A stretch of 61,848 nt of DNA, filler included, from Limisphaerales bacterium (GCA_044225505.1; 2 parts of 2 records of this genome joined end to end with filler, not necessarily neighbours in it), one strand, 5' to 3'; positions 50,675 to 60,061 are shown, counted from the whole stretch's first letter. The notes: generated by a model not told the origin, from the sequence alone. Numbers and translations are program-made.

Positions 50675-51145
50675 TTAGGCCCCTCCCCAAGCGGACAATA
50701 GCACCGATTGAAAGTGACCGGAGAGTTCCATAGCCCACAAGTATCGCGCGTTCTGCAGGCTTAACCGCAAACGCTTTCCCTGTTTTTCATCGGGCGAGCC
50801 GAGCACCAGCCAGCTGCCGACGCGGATGTCATTTAGGACTTGGAGCAACCATTCCAGATCCGGAGCGCGAAGCAAAAGCCGATAGCCTGTTGCGCTTTCA
50901 ACAAATCGGTTCGGGTCTGCGAGCATTCCTTCCAGAGTCTTTTTGTTTTGGGCTCGATGCTCGTTTAGCGCTTCGTCCAACAACTGCTGGTTCGCCCGCA
51001 TTTGCGGACTATCGACCGTGCCGCTGATTTGATGGTGCGCCGGAGGAACGAGCGGATACAGCTTTACGAGTTCGAAGAAAAGGTTCTTCTCCCTTCGGCC
51101 GATCTGAAAAACGAGATGGTCTCCTTCAGCTTGGAGGAATTTCAC
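50675..51145 (-). CDS. DUF2017-like protein, downstream of clpS
   Basis: WLQVLNDIRV motif. Abuts the clpS stop codon with 0 bp spacing. Confidence 0.65.
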   Translation of the reverse strand: MKFLQAEGDHLVFQIGRREKNLFFELVKLYPLVPPAHHQISGTVDSPQMRANQQLLDEALNEHRAQNKKTLEGMLADPNRFVESATGYRLLLRAPDLEWLLQVLNDIRVGSWLVLGSPDEKQGKRLRLSLQNARYLWAMELSGHFQSVLLSAWGGA

Positions 51146-51451
51146 TCAGTCCCGCTCCATGGTTGCATGCAGCATATACTTTTGAAGTTGGTGCACATAA
51201 TGTTCCGCTTTCTCAAGGCTCTCCCGGATGAGAACGCTTTTTCCCTGGTTGTGCACTTGTAGCATATGGAATTCTGCCTTCTTCTTCGGCCAGCCAAAGA
51301 CAGCTTGAAAGACATGCGTGACGTAGTCCATTAAATTCACCGGGTCATCCCAGCAAATCACTAGGTAACCGGGCTCCAATTCCGCATTGGACTTCGTTTG
51401 CTCTTCCTGCCCGACATCGGGCAGGACAAGCGGTTCCGCGCTCTCAGCCAT
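51146..51451 (-). CDS. clpS: ATP-dependent Clp protease adaptor ClpS
   Basis: VICWDDPVNLMDYVTHVFQ.VFG...A...MLQVHNQGKS. Confidence 0.93.
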   Translation of the reverse strand: MAESAEPLVLPDVGQEEQTKSNAELEPGYLVICWDDPVNLMDYVTHVFQAVFGWPKKKAEFHMLQVHNQGKSVLIRESLEKAEHYVHQLQKYMLHATMERD

Positions 51452-51693
51452 GGCCAGAACATAGAAGTACCCGGCGGAGTTTTCAATCCAGTGCTAGCGA
51501 GGCGGTGCCTCAGACCTGTTCATCTTTATCATTCTGGTTGTTTCAAGTAAACCCGGGCCTCCGTTCCACCGCCTCGCTAAAAAGAATCCTTGCGAAAAAC
51601 GGCTGAGACCAAACTTGACTCAACTGCACGATCTTTCAGAGATCAAGGATTCCAGAGTGCTCTCCTCTCCTTCCGTAGGCTTTCGCGGCAAGG

Positions 51694-51699
51694 TATAAT
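51694..51699 (+). promoter_or_regulatory. Perfect sigma-70 -10 box (TATAAT) 7 nt upstream of the 6S-like hairpin
   Basis: GGTATAATG. Only a weak -35 (TTCCGT) at 17-bp spacing. Confidence 0.5.
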
Positions 51700-51706
51700 G
51701 CTCTTA

Positions 51707-51874
51707 AGGCGCGAGAGAAGGCGCGGACTCTTCCTGCAGGAGTGGAAAATCGAGCGCATAACGCTGCGGACGGACAAAGGAGCTGCCGCTCAGAGGGTTG
51801 CGAGGAAAATGCAGCGGCCCGCGTCGTTGCTCCTCAGCCAGAGAGCCCTGCGGCTGTTCTCCGCCGTCGCGCCT
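51707..51874 (+). ncRNA. 6S RNA-like long hairpin with central bubble
   Basis: 168 nt. 5' arm 51707-51745 pairs with 51827-51874 (AGGCGCGA/TCGCGCCT, GAGAA/TTCTC, CTCTT/GAGAG, AGGAGTGG/TTGCTCCT). Bubble at 51746-51761 opposite 51817-51826. Inner stem CGCTGCG/TGCAGCG. G-U pairs favour the + strand. Confidence 0.55.
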
Positions 51875-51990
51875 CGCCAGGATTCGTTTTAAGCGCAACG
51901 AAAGTATAAGGACTTTGCGGTCACCACACGGCTCCTCGCTGTGTTCAGTGGAGTGGGAGCTGTTCCCTCCTTTCTGGGACAGGCGTTTGG

Positions 51991-52249
51991 CGTCCCGGCA
52001 GGGACGTAATGACACTAACCCGGCACTTCCAGTGCCGCGAATCCGCGCGCAGAGTCAAAGTCCCGAAGAGACGACCGAACCTCTGCCAATCCCAGAGGCG
52101 ACGTGTTTTCGGAAGATCGGCCGCCCCTTTCGGGGCTAATCGTCATGGGTCGCTGGGTCTCGGCGCTAAAGCGTCCGAGCTATGCTCAGTCATGCCTCCG
52201 GCATGTCTGCCTTGGCTAGGTACGCGGGCGAGAGACTTAACGGTTGCCT
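51991..52249. repeat. REPIN-like element (two inverted REP-like units with internal hairpins)
   Basis: CGTCCC-GGCA-GGGACG, CGGCAC-TTCCA-GTGCCG, GCCCC-TTTC-GGGGC, CTCGGCGC-TAAA-GCGTCCGAG, CATGCC-TCC-GGCATG. Shared with 45816-45929 and 31058-31144. Confidence 0.78.
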
Positions 52250-52298
52250 GGTCCGGGATCCTACTCCACTGAAAACAGCGAAAACCCACCACCCTGGC

Positions 52299-53960
52299 TT
52301 ACTTTGGTTGGCTTGAACGGTTTTCAGCTCGGGTAACACGGAGCGAGTTCAAATCAAACCAGGCTTGTCCGGTCATTCCCCGGAACTCACAAATAATCTG
52401 AATTTGGCCCAAAGCATCCTCAACAGAGAAGGGGTAGTCTAACGTCTTCCACTCTGTGTCCCCCAGGACATAGTTTTCGGGACGGCTGCGGTCCGTGCGA
52501 AATCCCGCTCCACCTCGGGGATCTCCAGGGTCCGACTTCAAGCCTTCCGTTCTGATCTTGCCCTTCAACCGATAATCTCCTTTTTCAAGCCAGACTTTGG
52601 CCCGCCACGAACCAATACTGCTTCCTTGGTTGGTTTTGATTTCCAAGGCTTCCATTCCGTCAGGCAGGACCGTTTTAGCAATTTGAGGAAAACCAAAATC
52701 CGCTTTGGTTTTCCAGTCGCTTAGCCGCACGTCCCCTTCGGGCCCGAACGGTGCTGGAACCACCGGTCGAGCGAGTTGTTCTTCGAGGCTTCGGCTACGT
52801 CGGACAATCGCGCTGCAAAGCGCAGTTGCCGCGTTGGCTTGGTCGTCGGCTAATTTCGGATCCTTTTGTCTTAAGGCAGAACTGAAGGTTTTCGAGATGG
52901 CTTGCACTCGGTTCGTCAGAGCTTCCGGCCGAATGACGGAACTGCTAAGTTCCTTCAGTTTGTCGAAATATCGCTGGCGCAAAGAAGGGATTTCCAAGGC
53001 AGATTTCGCGACTAAGCCCTGCATCGGTGGAAGAACCGAACCATCTGGATTCCAAAACATTTGGTCGAGTCCGTGAGGCATGAAGACCATGCGGCCACTG
53101 TCGAGATCGTGATAAAGCCTCCAATTATTATGATTGTAGGCGTACCCATCCCAATTCCACAGGATCACGTCCATGGCGATGAAGGTAAGGAAGCGATTCA
53201 TGTCCAGGCATTTTTCCAAAGCCGTCAACCGTTTGGACAGATCGCTCTCTTTGGCTGCAGTGGCCAGGGCCTCACGGTCAGACTGATCCTTGGGGTTTTC
53301 CCCTGAATTTGTCGTGAGCGAATCGGTCACCTCTTTGACAAAACCGCCATCGTAGAGATTTCCGCGAGTGTTCTTAAAGTGCCGCTTGAGGAACGCCCGA
53401 TCCCAACCTTCGACGAGAACATAAAGGCCTAGATCACGGCCGTTCAACTCAACGAAGGCGTGACCCGCGCGAGGCGTTGGAACTCCAACCTGAAGAAACA
53501 ACTCGCGGCAAAGTTGTTCACTAACATAGGTCGAGTCCTGCACAGAGTTGTTCAGACTCAGTTTGGTCAAACCATGGAATTTCTGGCCCTTGGCGAAGCG
53601 GTCGAAGTTCAGTGTCATGGACGGGTTATCATCGATACTACGGAAACTTCCGGCAGCCCCCTTTAAGTGGAGCGCGACATTCGTGTAGGTATTCTGGCCT
53701 TCCCGAACTGTGACCTGCACTGCTTCTCGCTCCATCTGCTGGCCGAATTGCCACTGATACTTTCGCAGGACTTCCAGAGCGGATTCGGGCATCTCAATCT
53801 GAACGCGCCTGACTTGATCACTCTGGAAAAGGTCTGCCGTCAGATCAGGCTTTTTATTCTTGATCGGTTTTCCCGCGGGAGTGGCGCCACGGGCAGGGAC
53901 TGATAGAAGCAGTACGAGTGCGCAACCGAAACAAACCGCATGATTCTTTATGATTTTCAT
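52299..53960 (-). CDS. CotH kinase family secreted protein with C-terminal carbohydrate-binding-like domain
   Basis: Signal peptide from MKIIKNH, LKG..GSFR, LNNSVQD, V.LNG...GLYVLVE, NWDGY...NNWRLY, PHGLDQMF. Confidence 0.85.
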   Translation of the reverse strand: MKIIKNHAVCFGCALVLLLSVPARGATPAGKPIKNKKPDLTADLFQSDQVRRVQIEMPESALEVLRKYQWQFGQQMEREAVQVTVREGQNTYTNVALHLKGAAGSFRSIDDNPSMTLNFDRFAKGQKFHGLTKLSLNNSVQDSTYVSEQLCRELFLQVGVPTPRAGHAFVELNGRDLGLYVLVEGWDRAFLKRHFKNTRGNLYDGGFVKEVTDSLTTNSGENPKDQSDREALATAAKESDLSKRLTALEKCLDMNRFLTFIAMDVILWNWDGYAYNHNNWRLYHDLDSGRMVFMPHGLDQMFWNPDGSVLPPMQGLVAKSALEIPSLRQRYFDKLKELSSSVIRPEALTNRVQAISKTFSSALRQKDPKLADDQANAATALCSAIVRRSRSLEEQLARPVVPAPFGPEGDVRLSDWKTKADFGFPQIAKTVLPDGMEALEIKTNQGSSIGSWRAKVWLEKGDYRLKGKIRTEGLKSDPGDPRGGAGFRTDRSRPENYVLGDTEWKTLDYPFSVEDALGQIQIICEFRGMTGQAWFDLNSLRVTRAENRSSQPK

Positions 53961-53994
53961 ACCTAAGGGTATTGTCAAAGGTCGGTCACTCGTT

Positions 53995-55110
53995 TCACGG
54001 TTGCTTAGCCGGCATTGACGATCGATCGAGCTTAAGGGCAAGGGGCGGTCCACCTTGTTCCCAGGTGCCATCCAGGACCGTCCCTTCAGGATTGACCTTT
54101 CCAGTGAACACGCCGTGGATTCCTTTCCACTCAATCCGGACCACGGGATTGGTGTATCCAACGCTGGTAATGGGCAGTTCAGCACCGCCTTGATCGGGGC
54201 TTGCCAGGGTTCCAGCAAAGATGCCGTCAGGCGTGCGACCAATCTTGACTATTAGCCGAAGCTTGTTGCCTGGAACCGACAAGAGCCCGTTCCACTCACC
54301 TCGAATATCGTCCGGCACTCCCGAAGCGGGTATAAAGGAGACATTAGCCGGGAGCAGTCCGGCCGGTTGGCTCAGCCGCTGGAAGCGAACAGGCAGCTTT
54401 TTGCCGCGTGCTTTCCATTCTCCTTCCAAGGAATTGCCATCCGCGCTTAATTTTCCCGTGAATGTAAACTGAAAGAGTTTCCATTCGAGTTTCGTGATTG
54501 CATTGGTAATAACGGCAGGTGAGGAGGGGAGACTTCGGGTTCCTTGGTCGAGGAGGTCTAAATCTGCGACGAAACTTCCATCGCCCGCTCGCCCGATCTT
54601 TAGCCCAAGCCGTGATGGAGTATTCGGTTCGGTCTCGGCCGTAGCTTCCCAAAAGCCGCGGATGTCTACCGCTTCTCCTTTGGCAAAATCATAGCTGCGG
54701 CTTTTCTCCGACTTTTGTGAGGGATCGACCCGTCGGAAAGTCAATGGGATCGGGCGTCCACCGGGACCTTCGTCGAACATTCCGGCGATTTCATTCCCCG
54801 CGGGGTTGATGCTGCCATTGAACGCGGTGTTGAACGGGTCGATTTCCCATCGGACGGCGGGATAGTTCACGAGCATGGCACTCACAGGGACATCGCGAGC
54901 GCCTTGTTCGGGCAGGTCCACCTTCACTTCCAATCGACCATCCGGAAGCTTGGCAACTTTAATGGTGAGATCAAACTTGAATTTTCCGAACTCGACAGTG
55001 CTTTCCCAGTGACCCACCAGATCGTACGAGGACGGTTTCGGTTGTGCCGATGCCGGATAACTCAACATTGCCACCACGAACAGGTTTAGCATCAGCGATT
55101 GGACATTCAT
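53995..55110 (-). CDS. Secreted protein built of three tandem ~115-aa beta-rich repeats, hypothetical
   Basis: Three copies of G.W...L..KI....DG......(P/L)(E/D)QG....P...W....F.G.....G....G.(W/F)...G..P..F.R. Confidence 0.8.
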   Translation of the reverse strand: MNVQSLMLNLFVVAMLSYPASAQPKPSSYDLVGHWESTVEFGKFKFDLTIKVAKLPDGRLEVKVDLPEQGARDVPVSAMLVNYPAVRWEIDPFNTAFNGSINPAGNEIAGMFDEGPGGRPIPLTFRRVDPSQKSEKSRSYDFAKGEAVDIRGFWEATAETEPNTPSRLGLKIGRAGDGSFVADLDLLDQGTRSLPSSPAVITNAITKLEWKLFQFTFTGKLSADGNSLEGEWKARGKKLPVRFQRLSQPAGLLPANVSFIPASGVPDDIRGEWNGLLSVPGNKLRLIVKIGRTPDGIFAGTLASPDQGGAELPITSVGYTNPVVRIEWKGIHGVFTGKVNPEGTVLDGTWEQGGPPLALKLDRSSMPAKQP

Positions 55111-55358
55111 GATCGGCCTTTAATCCCGGAAGTTCACACCTAGAACACGTGCGCCGGACGAAAGTTGCAACGCATGGCTGCGAACCGTGTTCTGCTAGTT
55201 TATCCGGTCTAAGGTGCTGAAAGACCCTGCCGACACCGAGCGCTACCCGGCCGGGAACTCCGGACTGGACTGTTCGCCGCTCCGCCTGTCAGGCCGTCCC
55301 CTTATGAAATCTCGAACCGAATCTCGACAATATATTTCTCCAATGGCATTTTAGCGTC

Positions 55359-56201
55359 GTGGTATCCGCGAAACTGGAACAACTTCAAGCACTCCTACGG
55401 TCCTTCGGCTCCTGTTTGGTGGCCTATTCGGGAGGCGTGGATTCCGTTTTCCTGGCCTACGTTGCCTATCGCGAACTTGGGTCTCGGTCGTTAGCGGCAA
55501 TTGCCGATTCTCCGAGCCTTCCTCGACGCGAGCTGGAAGAAGCCTTGGAACTTGGCCGAAAATTTCAATTCCCGGTGCGCGTTGTTAAAACCCAGGAATT
55601 CGACAATCCCGAATACTTGGCAAATCCTTCCAATCGCTGTTACTTCTGCAAATCGGAGCTCTTCTCGGAGCTAGTCCCGCTGGCGCAGAAGGAGAACTTC
55701 GCGGTGCTGATCTACGGGGAGAATGCGAGTGACGTGGGGGATTTCCGGCCTGGAGCGAAGGCTGCGAGCGAAAACATGGTCCGCGCTCCGCTGAAAGAAG
55801 TGGGATTGACCAAGGCGGAAATTCGCGAGCTTTCCGTGACCTTAGGCTTGCCGACCGCTGACAAGCCTCAAATGGCGTGTTTAAGTTCGCGAATTCCCTA
55901 TGGAGAATCTGTTTCGCCCGAGAAGTTGCGCATGATCGAGGGTGCTGAAAACGTGCTGCGCGATCTTGGTTTTTACGATGTTCGCGTGCGCCATCACGAG
56001 TTAAAGCTTGGCTACCTCGCGCGCATTGAACTGGGACAACAAGAGATTGCGCGGCTTCTTGCTCCTGGAACCTTTTCAAATGTGGCCGAGGCGTTGAAAA
56101 AGCTCGGATATATCCATGTGACTTTGGATTTGGAAGGTTACCGGCGTGGAAGCACTAATTTCCAGCTGACATCGAAGAATCGTTCGCTGGTGAGCTCGTA
56201 A
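55359..56201 (+). CDS. larE: LarE-family ATP-dependent sulfur transferase (PP-loop)
   Basis: AYSGGVDS, NRCYFCK, D.RPG, ACLSSRIPYG, VRVRHH, VTLDLEGYR.GS.N. Confidence 0.88.
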   Translation: MVSAKLEQLQALLRSFGSCLVAYSGGVDSVFLAYVAYRELGSRSLAAIADSPSLPRRELEEALELGRKFQFPVRVVKTQEFDNPEYLANPSNRCYFCKSELFSELVPLAQKENFAVLIYGENASDVGDFRPGAKAASENMVRAPLKEVGLTKAEIRELSVTLGLPTADKPQMACLSSRIPYGESVSPEKLRMIEGAENVLRDLGFYDVRVRHHELKLGYLARIELGQQEIARLLAPGTFSNVAEALKKLGYIHVTLDLEGYRRGSTNFQLTSKNRSLVSS

Positions 56202-56665
56202 ATTACTCGCGCCAGCGTCTCATTCACTGACAGTCGTGGTTGTTTGAAGGAGGGTTAGATTTCATCGGTGCAGTTCCGGAAAGGTCTCCCGGTACTATCC
56301 GGTTTTGCGGGTAAGCGCAGGCTCAATGCTAGGAGGGTTGGCATCGTTTTGGCTAGGAGTATTCGAAGTTCAGCTTGGATCAGACGGGAACGCCAGGATC
56401 AATTCACCGAGAATCTGCGATGTGCTGGGGATTTTCGGACGTGAAGGATTGGACAAGGCGGCGCGATGGACGATCCCAGCGGCATGGACTCCAACATCGA
56501 AAGGCGGTTGAGGTGGCGGTCTTCGACACGTCGCGACTCTGCGATTCGAATGGAATTGAGCGTGTTTGCCGCGCCGCTGCTGCACGCCGCACTGGGACTG
56601 CCTTCATTTGCGATAGCCGCCGATAACCACTTTCGCTTTGCCGGCAATCAAACTACCATCGCACC

Positions 56666-57892
56666 ATGACCCGGCTTAACCGTCTTTGCTGGCTAGCACT
56701 CTTGGGAGGAACGATGGCCTCGAACCCCACAACGGTGCGGAGTGGCAGCCTTTATGAAAAATGGGATCGAGGCCCTTCTCGCGATGCAAACTATTTCCCG
56801 ATTGGTGTTTGGCTCCAAAGTCCGCGGCACGCGGTTCGATATAGGGACGCCGGTATTAATCTGTACGTTGGTCTGTGGCAAGGCCCGACTCCTCAACAAC
56901 TCGCGGATCTGCAAGCGGCTGGAATGACCGTAATCTGCAGTCAGAACGGAGTCGGTTTGGACAACCTGTCTAATCCTACCATAGTCGGTTGGATGCACGG
57001 AGACGAACCGGACAATGCCCAAGCTCTCCGGGGAGAGCGAGGGTATGGGCCTCCAATTTCCCCGGCCGCAATTCGAAGCGACTACCAGCGCATTCATGCA
57101 TCCGACCCAACTCGCCCCATTCTCTTAAACCTCGGACAAGGGGTGGCATGGGACAATTATATCGGACGTGGCGTACGTCGGAATCATCCGGAAGACTACC
57201 TGGAGTATATCGTGGGTGGAGACATCGTTTCGTTCGATATTTATCCGGTTGTACATGACGATCCAAGGATCTCTGGCAAGTTGGAGTATGTTGGGAGGGG
57301 CGTGGGACGGTTGGTGGAATGGTCAAAAGGGGAGAAAGTGGTGTGGAACTGCATCGAATGCACTCACATCTCAAACCCGTCAAGGCGAGCGACACCGGAG
57401 CAGGTGCGGTCAGAAGTCTGGATGGCTTTGACTCATGGTTCGAGAGGACTGATTTATTTCGTGCACCAATTTAAACCTGTCTTCCAAGAGGCCGCACTGC
57501 TTGAGGATCCAGAGATGTTGGCGGCCGTGACCGCGATTAACCGCGAGGTTCGTGAGTTGGCGGCTGCGTTAAACAGTCCGGACCTGCGCGATGGAGTTCA
57601 AGTGGAAGTCAACCGACAGGCAGCCTTGCGCTCCGACGCTCGGACAACAGTTCCCGCGACCACGCCTCCGGTCGCGTGGCTGCAAAAGGAGTGCGCCGGA
57701 ACGACTTACCTGTTTACTGTCAACATGGGGAACGAACCGATCAGCGTGGAGTTCGAATGGTCTGGTGCCGCCAAGGTGCTGCATGCAGAAGTCCTCAATG
57801 AGAATCGCAAGATCCAGCTGCAGGATGGCCGGTTCCGCGATCTCTTCAAACCATACGCCGTTCACCTTTATGCTGCCCGGACGTCGCGGTAA
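56666..57892 (+). CDS. Secreted glycoside-hydrolase-like TIM-barrel protein
   Basis: Signal peptide, FPIGVW, GWMHGDEPD, DPTRP, DIVSFDIYP, WMALTHGSRGLIYF. Confidence 0.65.
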   Translation: MTRLNRLCWLALLGGTMASNPTTVRSGSLYEKWDRGPSRDANYFPIGVWLQSPRHAVRYRDAGINLYVGLWQGPTPQQLADLQAAGMTVICSQNGVGLDNLSNPTIVGWMHGDEPDNAQALRGERGYGPPISPAAIRSDYQRIHASDPTRPILLNLGQGVAWDNYIGRGVRRNHPEDYLEYIVGGDIVSFDIYPVVHDDPRISGKLEYVGRGVGRLVEWSKGEKVVWNCIECTHISNPSRRATPEQVRSEVWMALTHGSRGLIYFVHQFKPVFQEAALLEDPEMLAAVTAINREVRELAAALNSPDLRDGVQVEVNRQAALRSDARTTVPATTPPVAWLQKECAGTTYLFTVNMGNEPISVEFEWSGAAKVLHAEVLNENRKIQLQDGRFRDLFKPYAVHLYAARTSR

Positions 57893-57990
57893 TTCCGAGG
57901 TGAGCACGTCGAACCGTCGACGGCTTTTGGGACCTGCTATGACGCAGTCATTTGCATTTTCCTCAACTCCGTTAAACATTGGGCTGGGTG

Positions 57991-59349
57991 ATGCAGGCAA
58001 ACCAACCTCATATCGTCGTGCTCGGCGCGGGCTTTGGCGGACTGACCTTCTGCCAAAAATTCTCTGCCGCGAATGCTCGGATCACGCTCGTCGATCGCCA
58101 GAATCATCACCTGTTTCAGCCACTACTTTACCAGGTGGCTGCGGCAGGGTTAGCGGCACCAGACATCGCGCAGCCGATTCGTTCGATCTTACGCGAACAA
58201 GAGAATGTTACGGTCCTGCTCGAAAACGTGGTCGAGATCGGGCTTGCCGAGAAGATCGTTCGGTGTGAAACGGCCTCACTGAGCTATGACTATTTGGTCA
58301 TCGCCCTAGGAGGAGCCACCAGCTATTTCGGACATCCTGAGTGGGAACAATTCGCTCCTGGACTCAAGTCACTCGACGATGCCTTGCGCATTCGTCGACG
58401 GATTCTCCTGGCGTTTGAGAAGGCCGAAACAACGCCCGATCTCGAGTTGCGAAATCGCCTCATGACCATCGTTGTCGTGGGTGGTGGGCCCACGGGAGTG
58501 GAATTGGCTGGCGCATTTGCCGAACTTTCACGAAATGTGCTTCAAGGGGATTTCAGGCGCATCGATCCCCAGCGCGCGCGGGTCTTATTGATTGAGGCGG
58601 GCCCGCGGATTCTTCCGCAATTTCCTCCGGAATTGGGAGCCAGCGCGGTGACGCAGTTGAGGAGTCTGGGCGTCGAAGTGCAGACGAATCTTCGAGTTAA
58701 GAATATTGAACGAGGCTTGGTTGAAACTGACGGAGGCACTATCTTGGCGGGAAATATAATTTGGGCGGCGGGCGTTGCGGGTAACCCGCTCACTCGTCAA
58801 CTGGGTGTCGGAATTGATCGGGCGGGGAGGATCCAAGTGAAGGCCGATCTCAGTGTGCCCGGTTATCCGGAGGTCTTTGCTATCGGGGACATCGCTGGGA
58901 TTGTTGATAAGCAGGGACAATTCGTGCCTGGCGTATCGCCGGCAGCGATGCAGATGGCCAAGCATGTCGCGGGACTGATTCGGCGCGAAGTTACCGAAGG
59001 TAAAACTCGTCGCGAGCCGAGGCCCGCTTTTGATTACTGGGACCGCGGCAGTATGGCCACAATCGGTCGATCCGCGGCCGTTGCCAAAATGGGTGCACTG
59101 GAGTTCAGCGGCTTCTTGGCTTGGCTAGCCTGGTTGCTGGTCCACCTAATCTTTCTCATCGGATTCCGCAATCGTGTCGCGGTTTTCTTCAACTGGGTCT
59201 ATTCCTATTTCACATATAAACGCGGGATGCGGATCATCACAGGCTTGTCGGAAGATCCTGATTTTGCGAGTCGAGGCGCGGCACACCCGGAAGTAGCGGC
59301 CGCGGAGTCGATCGCACGGACTCAGCGCCCGTCACCTGTTTCGAATTAG
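57991..59349 (+). CDS. ndh: Type II NADH:quinone oxidoreductase
   Basis: GAGFGG, NHHLFQPLLYQVA, VGGGPTGVELAG, IWAAGV, FAIGD, GSMATIGR. Confidence 0.9.
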   Translation: MQANQPHIVVLGAGFGGLTFCQKFSAANARITLVDRQNHHLFQPLLYQVAAAGLAAPDIAQPIRSILREQENVTVLLENVVEIGLAEKIVRCETASLSYDYLVIALGGATSYFGHPEWEQFAPGLKSLDDALRIRRRILLAFEKAETTPDLELRNRLMTIVVVGGGPTGVELAGAFAELSRNVLQGDFRRIDPQRARVLLIEAGPRILPQFPPELGASAVTQLRSLGVEVQTNLRVKNIERGLVETDGGTILAGNIIWAAGVAGNPLTRQLGVGIDRAGRIQVKADLSVPGYPEVFAIGDIAGIVDKQGQFVPGVSPAAMQMAKHVAGLIRREVTEGKTRREPRPAFDYWDRGSMATIGRSAAVAKMGALEFSGFLAWLAWLLVHLIFLIGFRNRVAVFFNWVYSYFTYKRGMRIITGLSEDPDFASRGAAHPEVAAAESIARTQRPSPVSN

Positions 59350-59350
59350 A

Positions 59351-60034
59351 TCAAGATTCTTCCGCTTTGCGCAGCTGCAGCAGCGCTTTTAACGCAGCTT
59401 TGCTCTCTGCTTCTTTCTTGCTCTTGCCTGTTCCCCGACCCAGTTCCTGCCCGCGATAGTAAACCGCGCATTCAAAGAGCCGGTCGTGGTCTGGACCGCT
59501 CACGGCGGCGAGTTCATATTGCACTGGTTCTGGAGATCGAGCCTGCAGCATCTCCTGAAGTTCGCCCTTAGGGTTCTCCAAATTGGGGATAACCTCGAGT
59601 TCGCCGAAATGACTGCGAAACTGAGAGAGGATGTATCGTTGGGCTGCTTCAAACCCACCATCCAAAAAGATTGCTCCGAGCAAAGCTTCGAAAGCGTCGG
59701 CCAATGCGGACGGGCGCTCACGTCCACGATTCAGTTCCTCTCCGCGGCTCATAACGAGATGAGCGCCCAGCCCAAGTCGACGTCCCTGTTCTGCCAGCGT
59801 TCGACGGTTGACCATCTGCGCTCTCGCTTTGGTCAGTGGTCCTTCACCTACCGAAGGGAACTTCTCGTAGAGTTCTCGCGTCAGGACCAATTGGAGGACA
59901 GCGTCTCCAAGAAATTCCAGTCTTTGATTGTGCTGGATACTGGCCCCTTGCTCGTGTGCAACAGAGGGGTGAGTCAATGCCAGGCGCTGCAATTCCTGGT
60001 CACGAAATGTGTAGCCAAAGAGCTCTGAATTCAC
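59351..60034 (-). CDS. rnc: Ribonuclease III
   Basis: ALTHPS, NQRLEFLGDAVL, ADAFEALLGAIFLDGG, dsRBD (NPKGELQE...GPDH...GKSKKEAE). Confidence 0.97.
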   Translation of the reverse strand: MNSELFGYTFRDQELQRLALTHPSVAHEQGASIQHNQRLEFLGDAVLQLVLTRELYEKFPSVGEGPLTKARAQMVNRRTLAEQGRRLGLGAHLVMSRGEELNRGRERPSALADAFEALLGAIFLDGGFEAAQRYILSQFRSHFGELEVIPNLENPKGELQEMLQARSPEPVQYELAAVSGPDHDRLFECAVYYRGQELGRGTGKSKKEAESKAALKALLQLRKAEES

Positions 60035-60061
60035 AGCCGTAGCGAAAAGCGAAGTGACAGG

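Noticed and set aside
51590..52272. Short ORFs 51590..51892, 51704..52015, 51798..52139 and 52009..52272
   Set aside because: No recognisable motifs. The region is better explained by the structured RNA and REP hairpins.
56202..56665. Small ORFs in the larE downstream spacer, including 56466..56669 with an ATGA overlap
   Set aside because: No motif or convincing ribosome-binding site, so I cannot support them from sequence alone.
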